A stretch of DNA of 61,222 nucleotides, the filler included, from Dugesia japonica (lineage: Eukaryota): assembly GCA_001938525.1 (NCBI GenBank). It is 5 parts of 5 records of this genome, joined end to end, with 100 filler letters (N's around TTAATTAATTAA, not from the genome) between each part and the next. Parts side by side here need not be neighbours in the genome. Positions count along the whole stretch, not along the records: positions 39,196 to 50,461 come from MQRL01592477.1; positions 50,562 to 61,222 come from MQRL01647617.1; 3 more parts are not named here. The stretch is one strand, 5' to 3'. Positions 40,130-53,381 of this stretch are shown one piece after another. Position numbers and translations under genes: made by a program. The notes beneath the pieces are model-generated. The model was given only the letters and a program-made list of their open reading frames with translations, was not told where the DNA came from and did not search any database. The stretch's first letter is position 1, and every line of letters begins with the position of its first letter.

Positions 40130-40815
40130 CCATTGAATCTTTTTGGATATTTATGTGATATTTTTGAACAATTAAATATTTTAAATTCATCGTTACGAGG
40201 AAACTGAAAATCATAATTAATTGATTTTTAGTAATTGAAAATTGTTTTTCTTAAAATTACTATTGGTTAGTGATAATTTCAACTGTTTTCCAATTTAAGC
40301 AGCCTTGTTTGTAATGAATTAATTAAAGAAAATTGATTTTGTGATATGAACTGATATTCAAAATCAAATGACAAGATTTNNNNNNNNNNNNNNNNNNNTT
40401 TGGAGAAATGTAACTTTTTAACGTTTAAATTCATTTAAGGAAGATATTAAATATTAAGTTTTGTGTCATTAAAAGTGTTGCAAGAATTTTGAAATTTATT
40501 TCAGATAATTTCTTGTAAACAAAATTCTATAAAGCTGTAGACAACAGCTTTTAACTATAAAGTTTCGTCTAGTAGACATGTTTACATTGGAAAATTTAAT
40601 AGCATAATAATAACGAAAATAACAATCATTTGAATGAGAATTACATTAACAAAAAATTCACAACTTCAGATGTCGGCTATCTTAGAAAAGAAACAATTTC
40701 ATTCTTCACATTAAATAAAAAATGTATTAATCTATACTTTCGGGTCGTGTAATGGCAATTCTTTAATTTTTTGTAAATTTGGGTTGTCCATAATGAAGTC
40801 TGAAAAATATTGATA
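40130..40815 (+). mobile_element. hAT-Buster transposase C-terminal relic
   Basis: GYLCDIFEQLNILNSSLRG (L.YL.DIF..LN.LN.SLQG) and terminal KKQFHSSH*. Confidence 0.65.
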
Positions 40816-40993
40816 AGTATGTATATCATAAAATTATTATATATTTTATGAAATAATTCTAGTTTTTTAATTTCATAGAAAATGTTGACTTTTGATATAA
40901 ATAATTTGAAATTTTTAAAAAAAGAATTGTTTAAATAAGATGTGTTTATAATATCTTTTTAAAATTTAATAACAGTAATTGCTGTCATATTTT

Positions 40994-42337
40994 ATGGGTA
41001 GAAAAAAGAAAAAGCAACTTAAGCCTTGGTGCTGGTATCAATCCATAGTTTAGTAAAATTGATCTAAAATATTAATATAGGTATTGCAATCGCGAATTTG
41101 ACGATGAAAAAATATTAATACAACATCAAAAATCTAAGCACTTCAAGTGTACATTTTGCCATAAAAAGTTATATACCGGTCCTGGGTTATCTATTCATTC
41201 TATGCAGGTTAGTATTATAGTTCTTTATCCTTGTAATTGTCTTGTAGGTTCATAAAGAAAAAATTGATAAAATACCATTTGCATTACCTCACCGTAGTAA
41301 TGTTGAAATAGAAATTTATGGAATGGAAGGCATTCCAGATGATGATATAAAAGATCATGAAAGACAGAAAATGGGAAAGGATGGTAATATATATTTTGAA
41401 TTAAAATAAGTAATAAGATATTTAGAGGAAATGGAAGAGAAACGAATAAAGCTCGAAATTCCTGTTAACAATCCAGTTTTTCAAATGCCTGGATTGCCAT
41501 TACCAACCTCTGGGGTTCCTTTCATTCCACCTTTATGTAAGTTTGTTTATATTTTATTATGACGTGATGTTTATTTAGCTTTTCCAGTTATGCCTCCTAT
41601 ACAATTTGGGTAATATATTTCTGTCACAATAAAGTATTATTTATTCTATAGAATTGGTCCCCCGCCTATTATAATGAGACCTACATTACAAGTTCCTGGA
41701 ATTATTCAACATGGATTACCCAGATTAAATCCAATAGCTAATACCGTTCCTGTTAGTTTGGTAATGCAACCATCTACACCTATGAACCAGGTTGATAGCA
41801 TAAATCAAATCAAAGTAGAAAACAGTATCCCACCCCCTCCTCCACCACCTCCAGTATCTATTGAATCCAGCCATTCAAATATTAATATAACTCCAACTTT
41901 CCCCGCTTATTCTGGTGGCAATGAAGTTTCTAAAGTAATTCAAAAAGTTACTAAGCCTACTAGTTCCACACAAAATGTTAAAGTCATTTTGGTTCATCCA
42001 GAAGATGACATACCATTGGAACAGATTAGATTGAAACTTTCAAAATATACATCATTCCTTAATATTGTTAAAACGTCAGACGATTTGACGTGGTCCCAAC
42101 CTATAACTTCTCACTCAGTTTCATTACGCATTTCAGAAAATGATTGCATACCTCCGCCACCACCCCCTGTGAATACATATATTCCTCATCTTGGCACTCC
42201 AATACAAAGACGTAATTATATCTTAAATTTAAAAAAATCTCATGTTTCTTTTAGAACCTGCAATGGGTAGACCTTGGATTACGCAAAATATCGGTGTTTT
42301 TGTAAAACCAAATAATTTTGGAGGACCCAGTTATTAG
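40994..42337 (+). CDS. ZNF207: BUB3-interacting GLEBS motif zinc-finger protein BuGZ
   Basis: Exons 40994-41034, 41081-41207, 41248-41383, 41426-41536, 41579-41609, 41652-42211, 42255-42337 splice in frame: [70 protein letters not shown], Pro-rich region, TFPAYS, GLEBS-like [14 protein letters not shown]. Confidence 0.96.
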
Positions 42338-44149
42338 TGGTGACATTAAACTTTACAAGGCAAGATATATGTGTTTTCTTATGTTATATGGCTAATAAAT
42401 GATTAAAATGTTTTTAATTTTTCAATATTAAAGAACTTTCACTTTCAGAAATTCAAGAATCTATATTTCATCGAAAGGTATTATCGTTTCTGCCCAAAAA
42501 ATAAGGTAGATTGAATTTACTGATTCAGTCGCATTATATTTTTAATGCTGGGTTTATACCCCTAATCTCTTATTGAGATTGGTGACTAATTATTTATTTA
42601 ATTTTTCACTTTATTTTTTAGAAGTTCATAAAACTAAATTCTTATTTATTATTTAAAAATTTAACATTATAAATATTTTAAAATAAGATTTCTGATAAAT
42701 TAAAACCAATATTTACATTAAAATATTTAGGTTCTCAGTACAAATAAGTAACACCAAATGAATGTTTTAAAATTAGATAAAGTATTTGAATCGTCCAATA
42801 AAAGGTCATTGTATAAAATGTATTGTGTAAACAGGCATGTTTCCAATTTTTAGACTAATTTTAATATTTCAATAAATTAAAAGCTTGTTTTAAAATTTTT
42901 AGGATTTAACTATTTTATTCATAGAAATAGATATTGAAATATATATATTTTTTTAATTAGTAATTTTTCCTGTGACGTGTGAAAATGTAGTATGTTCCTA
43001 TTGTTTTCTATGTTTTAATATTCTAACGATATTTAATATTTAACGAAATCATGAATTAGGTCAGGTAATAAAATGCTATTTTAAAGTAGTAATTAAAACA
43101 ATTTGTTAAATAAAGATGAATGACTTATTTCGAAGAAAATAAGTGGATTAGTGNAAGGATACATACTATTAAGATTTAAAGAGCTTAAAACCAAATGAGT
43201 TAAGGCTTTGATTTATATAGTAATAAATTATTAGAAGATATATTATTATAATTTTTTTGATATATTATTATAAGTCTATTGAAAATTAATGAAATTTGCC
43301 GCCATAATTTAAAGTGTATTATTTTTACTAATCTTGAGATATTTTGTTTTTCATAATCAAAAACTTATAGTTATTTTGATATAAAAGATTGTATTTATTC
43401 ATTTTTGAAAAATTAGTGTGAATTTAATATTGGTTTGATTTTTTTATTTTGACCGTTTTTTCATGGTACACTTGGCCTAAACCTATTTGCAGAAAAATAT
43501 TTAAAAAAACAAGTGTTTTTAAGCAGTGATTTTGATTATTATAATTAAGTCATATATGTCATCTAGTTCGGTTCAAATATTAAAGAAACTTCAAAAAAAA
43601 TTGAATTTTTGGAAAGCCTGTGATGTAAAATGATATTATATAGAATGGGAATAATAGGAATAAATATTTTATTTATTTTTTAATATTGCCTTTTTATGTA
43701 ATGGAGGAATAATTGAGTAGAATTGTTTAATTAAATTGTAAAAAAGTATAATGGTATTTCTTGCAATAAAAAAATTAAGCTTTATAAGTAATTAAAATGA
43801 TCATATTAAATGTTAGTATTGTTGACTTTGCGTTTGCTGCTTTTTAACAATTAACAATTAAATTGGAGTACTTATATAAAAAGGGACACTGCAAAAACTA
43901 ATCGCAACTCTGATCTAGTTTATTTATAAAAATAAAATTTTATAATCTCAAGTAATTAATAAAATGTTGAATGAATGGGGAGATGATGAATTTTGCCCAG
44001 GTAAGGGTATTTATAAGGTATTGTAATGTACTATTTTACCACTCATTTTCCAAAATAACATTTATTATTTTTAAATGTTAGATTTTTCTGTGATTATCCT
44101 TGCTATGTTGTTTCTGATTACTTATGAAACAACTGTTGCAACATAGTTG

Positions 44150-44730
44150 TTACCGATTTTTCGACGAAAATATAATTTCCTATATTTTTTATAACCTGTA
44201 TTTTCCTGTTTAACGATCTAGAGCAAAAATCTGTGCATTTAGAATCAAAGAAAGTCACAAATACCGATTTACCATCATTGGAATCAGCAAATTATCTCTT
44301 GTCCAAATAGTTTTGTAAATATTGAAATAGGAAGTAGTTCAATGGAGCAATGTCAGGCGAAAATAGAAAGTTACTATGAAATCCACAATCTAGTTCATGT
44401 ATTTTGATTGTTGTGGTTAGCTAAAATTGGACATGCGTAATTAGGTTGCTAAACGAGTCGGTTAATTATAATACATATAGGTTATGTTGTGTCGCAAATT
44501 CAAAAACAGTTAAAAATAGCTCTTTTCGATTTCACCGAAGAGAAAACATATCCGAGGTCGTAAGCACTAGTTGCCATGATCAAACAGGCTATTTTGTGTG
44601 TTTACATTATTGTATAAAATTCATTTCCATCTCTAGTTATCATTCTACTCTAAAACAGCTTCTTTTCATTTCTTAAACGAAATTCGATACATTTTTTGTC
44701 ATTTCACGTGGTACCAATTTATGAATAAAT
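44150..44730 (-). mobile_element. Degraded mariner
   Basis: Minus strand VPREMT, SRMITRDG, SPDIAPLNYFLFQYLQNYLD. Confidence 0.7.
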
Positions 44731-46029
44731 CAAAGTTGATTAATGTTTGTAATGGTTGTTTATTCTTATTGGTTTTAATATTAATATTATACATGGAAAA
44801 TAACAAGTGTTAAATATAATCACCGTCTTTAATATTGACAAACTGATGTTGAATGATGAAATGTACCAATATTACTTAAACAGTAAAAGATCAACCAGAA
44901 TGTATTCAATGTGCTCCAGATCAATTCAATTCAATTTACAATTCTCGATTAACAACTAATGTGATAAACATAATTAGTAGTATTGAAATAACAGGAAAGA
45001 ATAAAGGAAAGAACTCTTGTCGCGCAAAATTTTGTTCCAGCTTTTCTAATTCAAGAATAATTTGATAATCAATATTTTTCCTTTGGCGTGTGACTCGGTA
45101 AACTTGCCAGTGATTAAGAATGTGTTATACATCATCAGCTTTTTCTATCATTTTTCATTAATTATGAAATTGTCTATTTTTTTCATTATTGAAGGAATGA
45201 AAATTCATGGTGAATTTTGTCCAAGTATCACTATATTTCATGGTTTGACAGCGTCGTTGCTAAAGCTACATGATTTACACTGGTAAATGTTTGTTTGAAT
45301 TCTAGTTCAAATAATCCAAACCATAAATAAATAATTTCATAAGTACATATTTTCAAAAAATAAAATAAAGACAAATGTTAAAAAAAAGATTATATTTCCT
45401 TGAAACATAATTTTTGTTTAAAATTGAATCAATAAACTATGTCCTCTATTTATTTTTATTTTACTGTCCCTCAAAAAAATAATTACATTCAAATCACAAA
45501 TATGTGCTTTATGAAAGCATGACCTTACAAGACAAGGTCGACAAATAAATATTCCAAATTACAATAAATTTTCAAATCAAATATTCAAATTGCATTAGTT
45601 TATAAAATTACCAAGCAGAAACTTCAAAAATTTTCAGTCTAATAGTGTCCTTCATTGGAACATATGAGGTGCATATTTAGTACTGCAGGGAAAAATGTAG
45701 CAAGAGCGTGTGAATTCATTTGTTCCGTTTTAGTAGTGTCGTATAATATGTGTGCCATTTTGTTCAGGTGCTTTAAAAACGTTGATTTAAGTGTCACAGA
45801 AAAACAACGTCGTTGTGCTACAAGAACATGCAGCAATCAATATCTGGAACTACTGTGATAATTCGGCTGATACAGACAGGGCAAAATACAANNNNNNNNN
45901 NNNNNNNNNNNNNNNNNNNNNNNNNNNNNNNNNNNNNNNNNNNNNNNNNNNNNNNNNNNNNNNNNNNNNNNNNNAATGGGAACCTGTGTTTCTCTTCTCA
46001 TTAAACGGTGTCGAAAAATCGTTCTTGTT

Positions 46030-46360
46030 GTGACGGGATATTGGAAATGGATACAATGTGATCATTTGAAACGTTAAAGTCATGGATAAATCCCAACATC
46101 AGTCGCAGAACTTCGAAAAAAGTGCTCTGTGGGGTATTAAGGAATATTAAGTTACTGGCGATCGCTACCGAGACCAATTAATCCGATTGACATTTGGATC
46201 TGAAACACCTGTTTAGTGGAAAAGAAAACCGTTATGTAAAATTGTTGCATAGACTTCTCTAGGCTACATGGCTTCAAATCAAAGGACCCCATAATGAAAC
46301 TTGTAGGTGAAATTTAGGAGCACCCAACGTATAAACCAAATATGATCCGAACTGATTGTC
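46030..46360 (+). mobile_element. Degraded mariner fragment
   Basis: KRxKSWINP-like and VTGDRYRDQLIRL remnants. Confidence 0.5.
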
Positions 46361-47254
46361 ATTTGCTTCCATCTATGTAGTTCGCTTTTCAATTGATAGC
46401 ATTAAAATGGCTTGCCAACTTAATCATTTTCAAACACCTAAAATATTTCGAGATGAAATTCACCAGTTACTTGTAATATTTATAACAACGGCGATTACTT
46501 TGATAGAAAATTTTGTATTATTTACTTGTATAACCAATATTCTGCTAATATTAAATATTGTCTCGTTTCACCTCAAGAAAATACATTATTGTTTCATGTC
46601 CGCTCCAAAATTTGATACCTTTCCATTCACAAAAATTTTATGTAGTGTTTTATTTAAGTGTTTTCTGAACTATATTTTAAAGGAATCAAAAATTTTTTTT
46701 GCTGTCGTTCACTTAAAATTATTAATTTTTAAACTACCCCCATTTTAAGAACTCTTATTCTAAATGATTATTTTTACGACTAACTTGGAATGTAGATTTA
46801 AATTAAATGATTGAGAAAAGTTGTTATGCTATCAAATGTAAATTGCAGAAAAGTTAGAAGTGATGAAGTCTGTGTTATTCAAAAATAAGTAGGATAAAAG
46901 TTGTTAAGTTAATGAATATGTAGATAATATCTTTGAGGTAGAAAATTCTTTGTCCAAGTAGCCTAAAATGATTGTCTAGATCAGGGTTAGCCAGAATTTT
47001 AAGAAAAGGTTTATATGGATATTTTTACACTCGTCGTATAGATGTGTAATTTTTGTATAACCTAATATCATACATTCAGCTCGTTGCGTGTTCCAACTGG
47101 AAGGTTATTTAGGTACTTACAAATGAATTATGGATTGTAACTACTATAAGTTTAAAAAATGTCAACCTATCATATTGACAGAAAAAAACGCACTGCGCCA
47201 CCCAATATGTAATTCCTAAAATCCTCTATAGGGTATCGAAATCAGAAACAATAA

Positions 47255-47350
47255 AACAAATACCAAGAAATTAAGTAGGAGATCGTGTTATGATCTCAAA
47301 GCAATTTTCTCTATTTACAAAAAGTTTTGATAGTAATTGGAGTGATGAAT
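47255..47350 (+). pseudogene. Polinton integrase C-terminal fragment
   Basis: VGDRVMISKQFSLFTKSFDSNWSDE, paralogous to VGDHVIISKITAFPFIKNFDSNWSNK in the minus-strand ORF at 58447-58818. Confidence 0.7.
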
Positions 47351-50300
47351 GGTCCCCCATGATGTAGGTAGTTAAAGAGTAATATAGTTAATATAGTTAT
47401 TGAGAAATAATATTGCAATTGATTTCACCGCCTGCGATTTTTAGAAAGTCGACGTAAAGTAGAAATTATAAATAGTACTACGAAAAATGGTATTGATATA
47501 AAAATATCAATTAGGTCAATGGAGAATATAATATTCAGGTTTGAGTCCTTACGTGGTCGTCAGTTAGATTTTGTATTTCAAAAGTAGACATCGTAATTAT
47601 TAAAATTCGTTAAAATTAAATAAATCAACAAATAGTTTAATTATTATACCTAACAATTTCTTTATAATTTTACCGCTTGTTGTTCGCTTTTTCATCCAGA
47701 TAAGAAAGCTAATTCATTGCTGAGATTATAAATCCTATTTACTTGAACAGATAATTAGTAGTTGGATTTTACCTTTGTATATACGTCCTTTCCATTTTAA
47801 AGATTGAATTTTTACCATGTATACATAAAACGAAGAAAATATAAAGATAAAAATAATAAAGTTAAAATATTAGATAACATAAATAATGACAATTTCGATG
47901 TAATGTTAATATATACATATAATGTACGCATGTTAATGTGTACATTATGTACGTTTGTAATTATTTTGAACATTCTTCAATTTAACATATGACAATATAA
48001 AAACGCAAAAAATATCGAATTCAAGAATTTGTCAAATAGGATTAAGCCGGGATAAGAAATTATAAGAAAATGCCTCACGAAAATTTTAAATTTTTGAGTA
48101 TATTAAAATTTAGACTTAAAATTATTTAGTATATTTTTATTTGCAATTTAATTAAATGTATAAAGGTTTAATTTCAAATTTATTGAATGTATAATATTAA
48201 AAAAAATATTTTTGTAAGTAATATTTTATTTAAAATTTAATTTAATGTTAAGATTGAATTTCAAAATTATTGAACATATATTGAAATATATTTTTGTTAA
48301 AATTTAATTAAATGCATTAAGCTTTAATTTCAAATTTATTCAGTGCATACATATTTAAAGATAATGTTGTCAGTGTATATATATTTTTTCAAATTTATTT
48401 AAATGTATTAAAATTAATGAAAATATATATATATGTTGGGGTGAAACATCCAGTTGGAGAAGAAAATGAAATCAAGGGCTTAAATCGGTAAAATATAACG
48501 ACAGGCTCATTATAACTATTCGAAAGAAAAACAATTAGGACCACGGTTAGGACATGATGAAACTAACCATTAAAGAAGTGCAAAATTAAAGTAAAGTTGA
48601 ATACGAAGAGTTTGGATGAATAAAACTAACACACAAAAATATTGGGAATTAAGAGAAATTATTAAATAATAAAAGTCAAGAAATCATTTTGAGAAAATTA
48701 ATTACCAGAAAAATATTAATTAATTCTGAAATAAAACGAAGTAAAATTAGTCACAAATCCGTTTTATACGAATAACTCTGCTCAGGAAAATCGCAAAAAC
48801 GGTTATTAAGAAAAACTGAAAAGGAAAAGTACCCGGGCAATATGATTTTGCAACCAGAAAATTATATCACCATCAGTAAGGGTTCTACAAGGGTTCAAAG
48901 ATTAGGCGAATAAGGTGTTAAAAAAAGAAAATGAAATAAAGACCCGATCATCACATGTTGATTTAAAAATAGAAGCCAATAAAAGTTCAAGAAAACCATG
49001 AAAAATCAGAAAAATCAACACTAGAACCAATGGAAAGAAAGAAATTTGAATTAAAAATAGCAACCAATGACAATGATGTGGAGTTACATCAAAAATCGTA
49101 TATAAACCCCCAAAATTTTAGATGAAATTATCTCTAAAAATTTGTGTGAAATCTGTTAGTTAATACAACGATATACTATTAACTCAAGAAAAACAATCTT
49201 TGGAGAGAACACCTTGACTATTGTTATCACGAATAAAGTGTAAGGCAGAATTATCTATCAATTAATTTACTAATTTGAATTTACCCCGAAATTATAGTAG
49301 ACGAATACTCTAGTGGTGAAACAGGAAAATATAATCGGAAGACAGAAAATTCCCGTGTATTCAGGCAAGAAATTCATCCCACAATTATCTAACCGTTGCA
49401 GAAAAAAGATTAAGAAAGAGTGAGCAATAATTCTATTTTCAATTTGGTGTAATTTATGAAGAAATGTGTAATAATATTCAACAAATAATTTGCTATAATT
49501 TAACTCTCGTTTAATGAATTGTAAAATGTTATAAAATATTTATTCCAGACAAAATTTAGGTATTGCATAACAAGCCGCCGTCGGTGATCATACGATCGAT
49601 TAATGATAACACATAAATTTTAACGATATCATGAAGCTATGCTGTGTGTAAGAAAGCAAAAACAAATTGTCTGATAATAACCATTGAGATCACTCATAGA
49701 AATTCTGTGCATCCGAGTGTAATTTCCGTGTTTACTTTCCTCATATTAGACGATAATTAATTAAATAACCACTGGCACACTCTCTCGATAGTCATAGATA
49801 TGGCAACACCACAATCCAGATAAACTTATGTTTCTCACACACCCGAATAGGCAATCAAGATTGATTGTTATACACTAAATGCAAACGCTCAGAAAAAGTG
49901 TGTGTCCCGACCTGGATAGGGGAATTACCATATGTTCTCAGATAATTTTGCCAATATCACGTTATTGTCGTATTTTCTTGTCTAGTTGGATACTATTTAA
50001 CTGTTAAGAATGACAGATGTAGTTGTGAAACTCTCAGTTATCAGTATTATCTTATAATGTGACTGTTTTAATTATAGCTAAAAGTGTCAATCTATTACCA
50101 GCCTTATCTTCAGCCTATGGATGACAATCGAGAATGGTCTTAAAAGCATTGATAATGTTATCAGACACTCGTGCCGTCACTTCATTAGAAATGTAACTGT
50201 TAGGGTCATCACAACTTGTTGATACGATGCACCAGACATTGGTATAGGAATCTCGACATGATGTTTCGCGAATCATACGATATCGACTGCTATTCACTTC

Positions 50301-50461
50301 ATGGAATCAATGCTATTATCGTCTTGAACCACTGTTAGTCATCAATACCAGTGATAAAGTAAATCGTCAATATTAACGTCATCATTACCCTCACTTTACT
50401 GTTATAATCATGGTCACTAGTGTTATTGGTATTATTATTATTCTGATCAATATTATTACCA

Positions 50462-50561
50462 NNNNNNNNNNNNNNNNNNNNNNNNNNNNNNNNNNNNNNN
50501 NNNNNTTAATTAATTAANNNNNNNNNNNNNNNNNNNNNNNNNNNNNNNNNNNNNNNNNNNN
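50462..50561. other. Artificial contig spacer
   Basis: N44-TTAATTAATTAA-N44. Confidence 0.93.
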
Positions 50562-50580
50562 AATAATAATAATAATAACA

Positions 50581-50632
<52 letters not shown>

Positions 50633-50869
50633 TAATAATAATAATAAAAATATCAGGTAATAAATATTACATATTCATGGCACTTTGATCTCAATTGAAA
50701 GTATAAACATGGTAATTATGTATAATATTTACAAAAAAATCAATATTTAATTTATAAAATTTCGATGAGTTTGATTGAGTATTTATTTTAAGAGGCTATT
50801 AAATATTGATAAATCATTTTATTTGAACAATATCATCATTCACATGTATTACAAATAATCCTAATAAAA

Positions 50870-51424
50870 ATGTTGCTATGCGGTGGAGATCAATTATTGT
50901 TTGGACTGTATGCTACATCGCTGATATGTATATTACTTGGTGGTTGTTTCTGGGGCCAAGGAACGGAATCCGGTAATTCTAATAAAATGGAAATCGGAAT
51001 TGTGATTTTTTCTGGAGGTTGTTTCCTTTTAGCATTTGCTGTAATAGTTAATATTTGTAAAAAAATCCAACAGATTATTCAAAGAAGAAAACGTAAAACA
51101 AAATCATTAAAAATATCAACCTTTACCGTAAAGGATAAAAAGGAAGTGGAGAATAAATTAAGAAACTTATCAAAATATAATTTTTATTTCAATAAAGCTT
51201 CAAATAATAATGATAATAATATTATTATTCATAACAAAAAATTGTCAACTCATATTTCAGATAACGATTCATTCATATCATCAAAAACAATTGAAACTAA
51301 TTTATCGACGACTAACTCTATTTTAAATGAACCTCCAATCAAAATCATTGAAAAGAAAAATGCAATGTGTGATATGACGAATATCGAATTAACATCTTCC
51401 ATGTCTTATTCTATTAAAATGTGA
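50870..51424 (+). CDS. Uncharacterised small membrane protein (two predicted TM helices, basic stop-transfer, polar tail)
   Basis: 184-codon ATG-initiated ORF; hydrophobic LLFGLYATSLICILLGGCFW and IGIVIFSGGCFLLAFAVIVNI followed by KKIQQIIQRRKRK; AATAAA at ~51525. Confidence 0.65.
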   Translation: MLLCGGDQLLFGLYATSLICILLGGCFWGQGTESGNSNKMEIGIVIFSGGCFLLAFAVIVNICKKIQQIIQRRKRKTKSLKISTFTVKDKKEVENKLRNLSKYNFYFNKASNNNDNNIIIHNKKLSTHISDNDSFISSKTIETNLSTTNSILNEPPIKIIEKKNAMCDMTNIELTSSMSYSIKM

Positions 51425-52100
51425 TTTATTTTTGTTACATTCAGCACTGTGAAAGATTTTACTAGCTATTTAATAATAATTACCTTAAGTTTACCTTAAG
51501 AACTATAAAATTTTGTTTAAAACAAATAAAAATTATAATTTGTATTTAGGTTGAATAGTTTTATAAATATTTGTATTTGAAAATCCTTTATGAAAACTAA
51601 TTTCAAATTTACATCTATTTTTATTTTTAATTACCAAAAATGTAAACCATGAAATTATATTTATCTTCAATTTAATGTCTTATAATTTGTTTGAATTTAC
51701 TTATTTATATTCATTTACTTAGTTTTTATTCATATAGACATTTTAATTCTTAGTTGTTTCGACACTGATTGTAGGTAGGCATTGATAAAATGTATTTACT
51801 TAAGATTCAAAGATCTCAGAAATGTTTTAAGCGTGAAGTAATGTTTTTTTTAAGTAAAGAAACAATATAAACAACACATTGATTGTGAATTTCATTCAAA
51901 ACTTAAACTTTAACAGGGACTTTTTTCTTATTAAAATTTAACTTTAGATCAAATTTGTTTTTTACTTCATTTCTGCTTTAGAAATTTTCTACAACTTAAC
52001 TGTATTCCAATAATTCATTCTGCGGTCTATTTTTATCCATGTCTAAATATATCAGATTAAATCATGTTTAATTTTAATTTCATTATTCATTTGATATATT

Positions 52101-52135
52101 AGTAGGTAGATAGTAGCGCACTGGATCATCCCCTA
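52101..52135 (+). mobile_element. Putative Polinton terminus (AGTAGGTAGATAGTAGCGCACTGG)
   Basis: Same motif as 9535 and 37690; points inward toward the Polinton genes at 56-60 kb. Confidence 0.5.
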
Positions 52136-52789
52136 GATAAAGAACATCTAGAAAAAAGACAATGACTCATCGGTAGATCAGGGTGACTCACTCTCTCTCT
52201 CAGGAAAATTTTTTTTTCAATTTTTAAATTATTTTTTTTTGAAAAATTTTTTTACAAAGGTCTTATAATTTTTTTTCCTAGGTAATCGAAATTTTTTTTA
52301 AGGTCATGAAATGCATCAAAAAGTTTATTGTTTCGATACAATTTAGAGTCTAAAAATACAAAGTTGAATTAAGAATTTTTTTTGGTGGGACTTCTCTATA
52401 ATTTTTAAAATGTTTTGTAGACTTCTATTTAATTTATTAAAAATTGCAATGGCTTCTATGTAATTTTGAAAATATTCTAATTAATATAGTTGAAATATCT
52501 ATTTAAGATAACACAAAAAAGCCAATTATGAGAAAATTTTATTTAAATCGCTCACATGTTCTTTATTACACATTTTAAAATTCAATCAATATGTTTTCAT
52601 CAGTCAATTTTTTATCGTTTATTTCCTCATTAATCATAATTTTATTTGTAGGAGCGTCAGACATTTTTTCATCAGAAATATCATCATTTGGAGGGATCTC
52701 ATTCTTTACCTCATCAATAATGGCATCATTTGGTTGTGCATTGTTCATCTCTTCTTTTGATATTGGACTTATAGTGTGTATAATACCCA

Positions 52790-53365
52790 TTTGTTTCATA
52801 TGTGTATAAGACTCTATTGTGTATATTACATGTATTATTTGACTTTATAGGGTGATTAAGTCTGTATTATATGACTTCATTGGGGTTTAATGTGTGTATT
52901 ATATTACTCTGTTAGATTTATTGTGTGTATTTAGCGACTTTATATGATTTATTATATGTATTATATGGTTCTATTAGGTTTCTTATGTGTTTTATATGGC
53001 TCTGTTGTGTTTATAGTAAAACAACTATATGATTTAATGTCTAAGATCAATTGGTTTTCTGTGCATAAGATAATAATAAACTATTTGTGTGTATTTAAGT
53101 GACCTTTTGGGGTCTTTCTATATATATTATATGACTATATTGAATTCATTGTAAGTATTATTTGACTATATAAGGTTTACTGTTTATACTTATTTGTATG
53201 TATTAGGTTTATTCTGTGTATTTAAAAGAATTTATTGAGTTAATTGTATATATTATATGACTATATGGTATATTGTGTGTATGGAAATGATTTTATTGTG
53301 TTAAATATCTGTATTATATGACAATATTTCGTGTATTGTGAGTTATAGTGTATATTGTTTGCATT
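52790..53365. repeat. Degenerate ~30-bp tandem array (TGTGTATTATATGACT-like units)
   Basis: Recurrent TGTGTAT(T)ATATGAC(T) motifs at roughly regular spacing. Confidence 0.65.
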
Positions 53366-53381
53366 GTATGAATATATAGAG

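Noticed and set aside
41195-41207. HSMQ instead of the usual HCMQ in BuGZ zinc finger 2
   Set aside because: The substituted position is not a zinc ligand; both His ligands are retained.
46356-46748. 130-aa hydrophobic ORF and similar F/I/L-rich ORFs
   Set aside because: Composition expected by chance in AT-rich DNA; non-ATG starts and no motifs.
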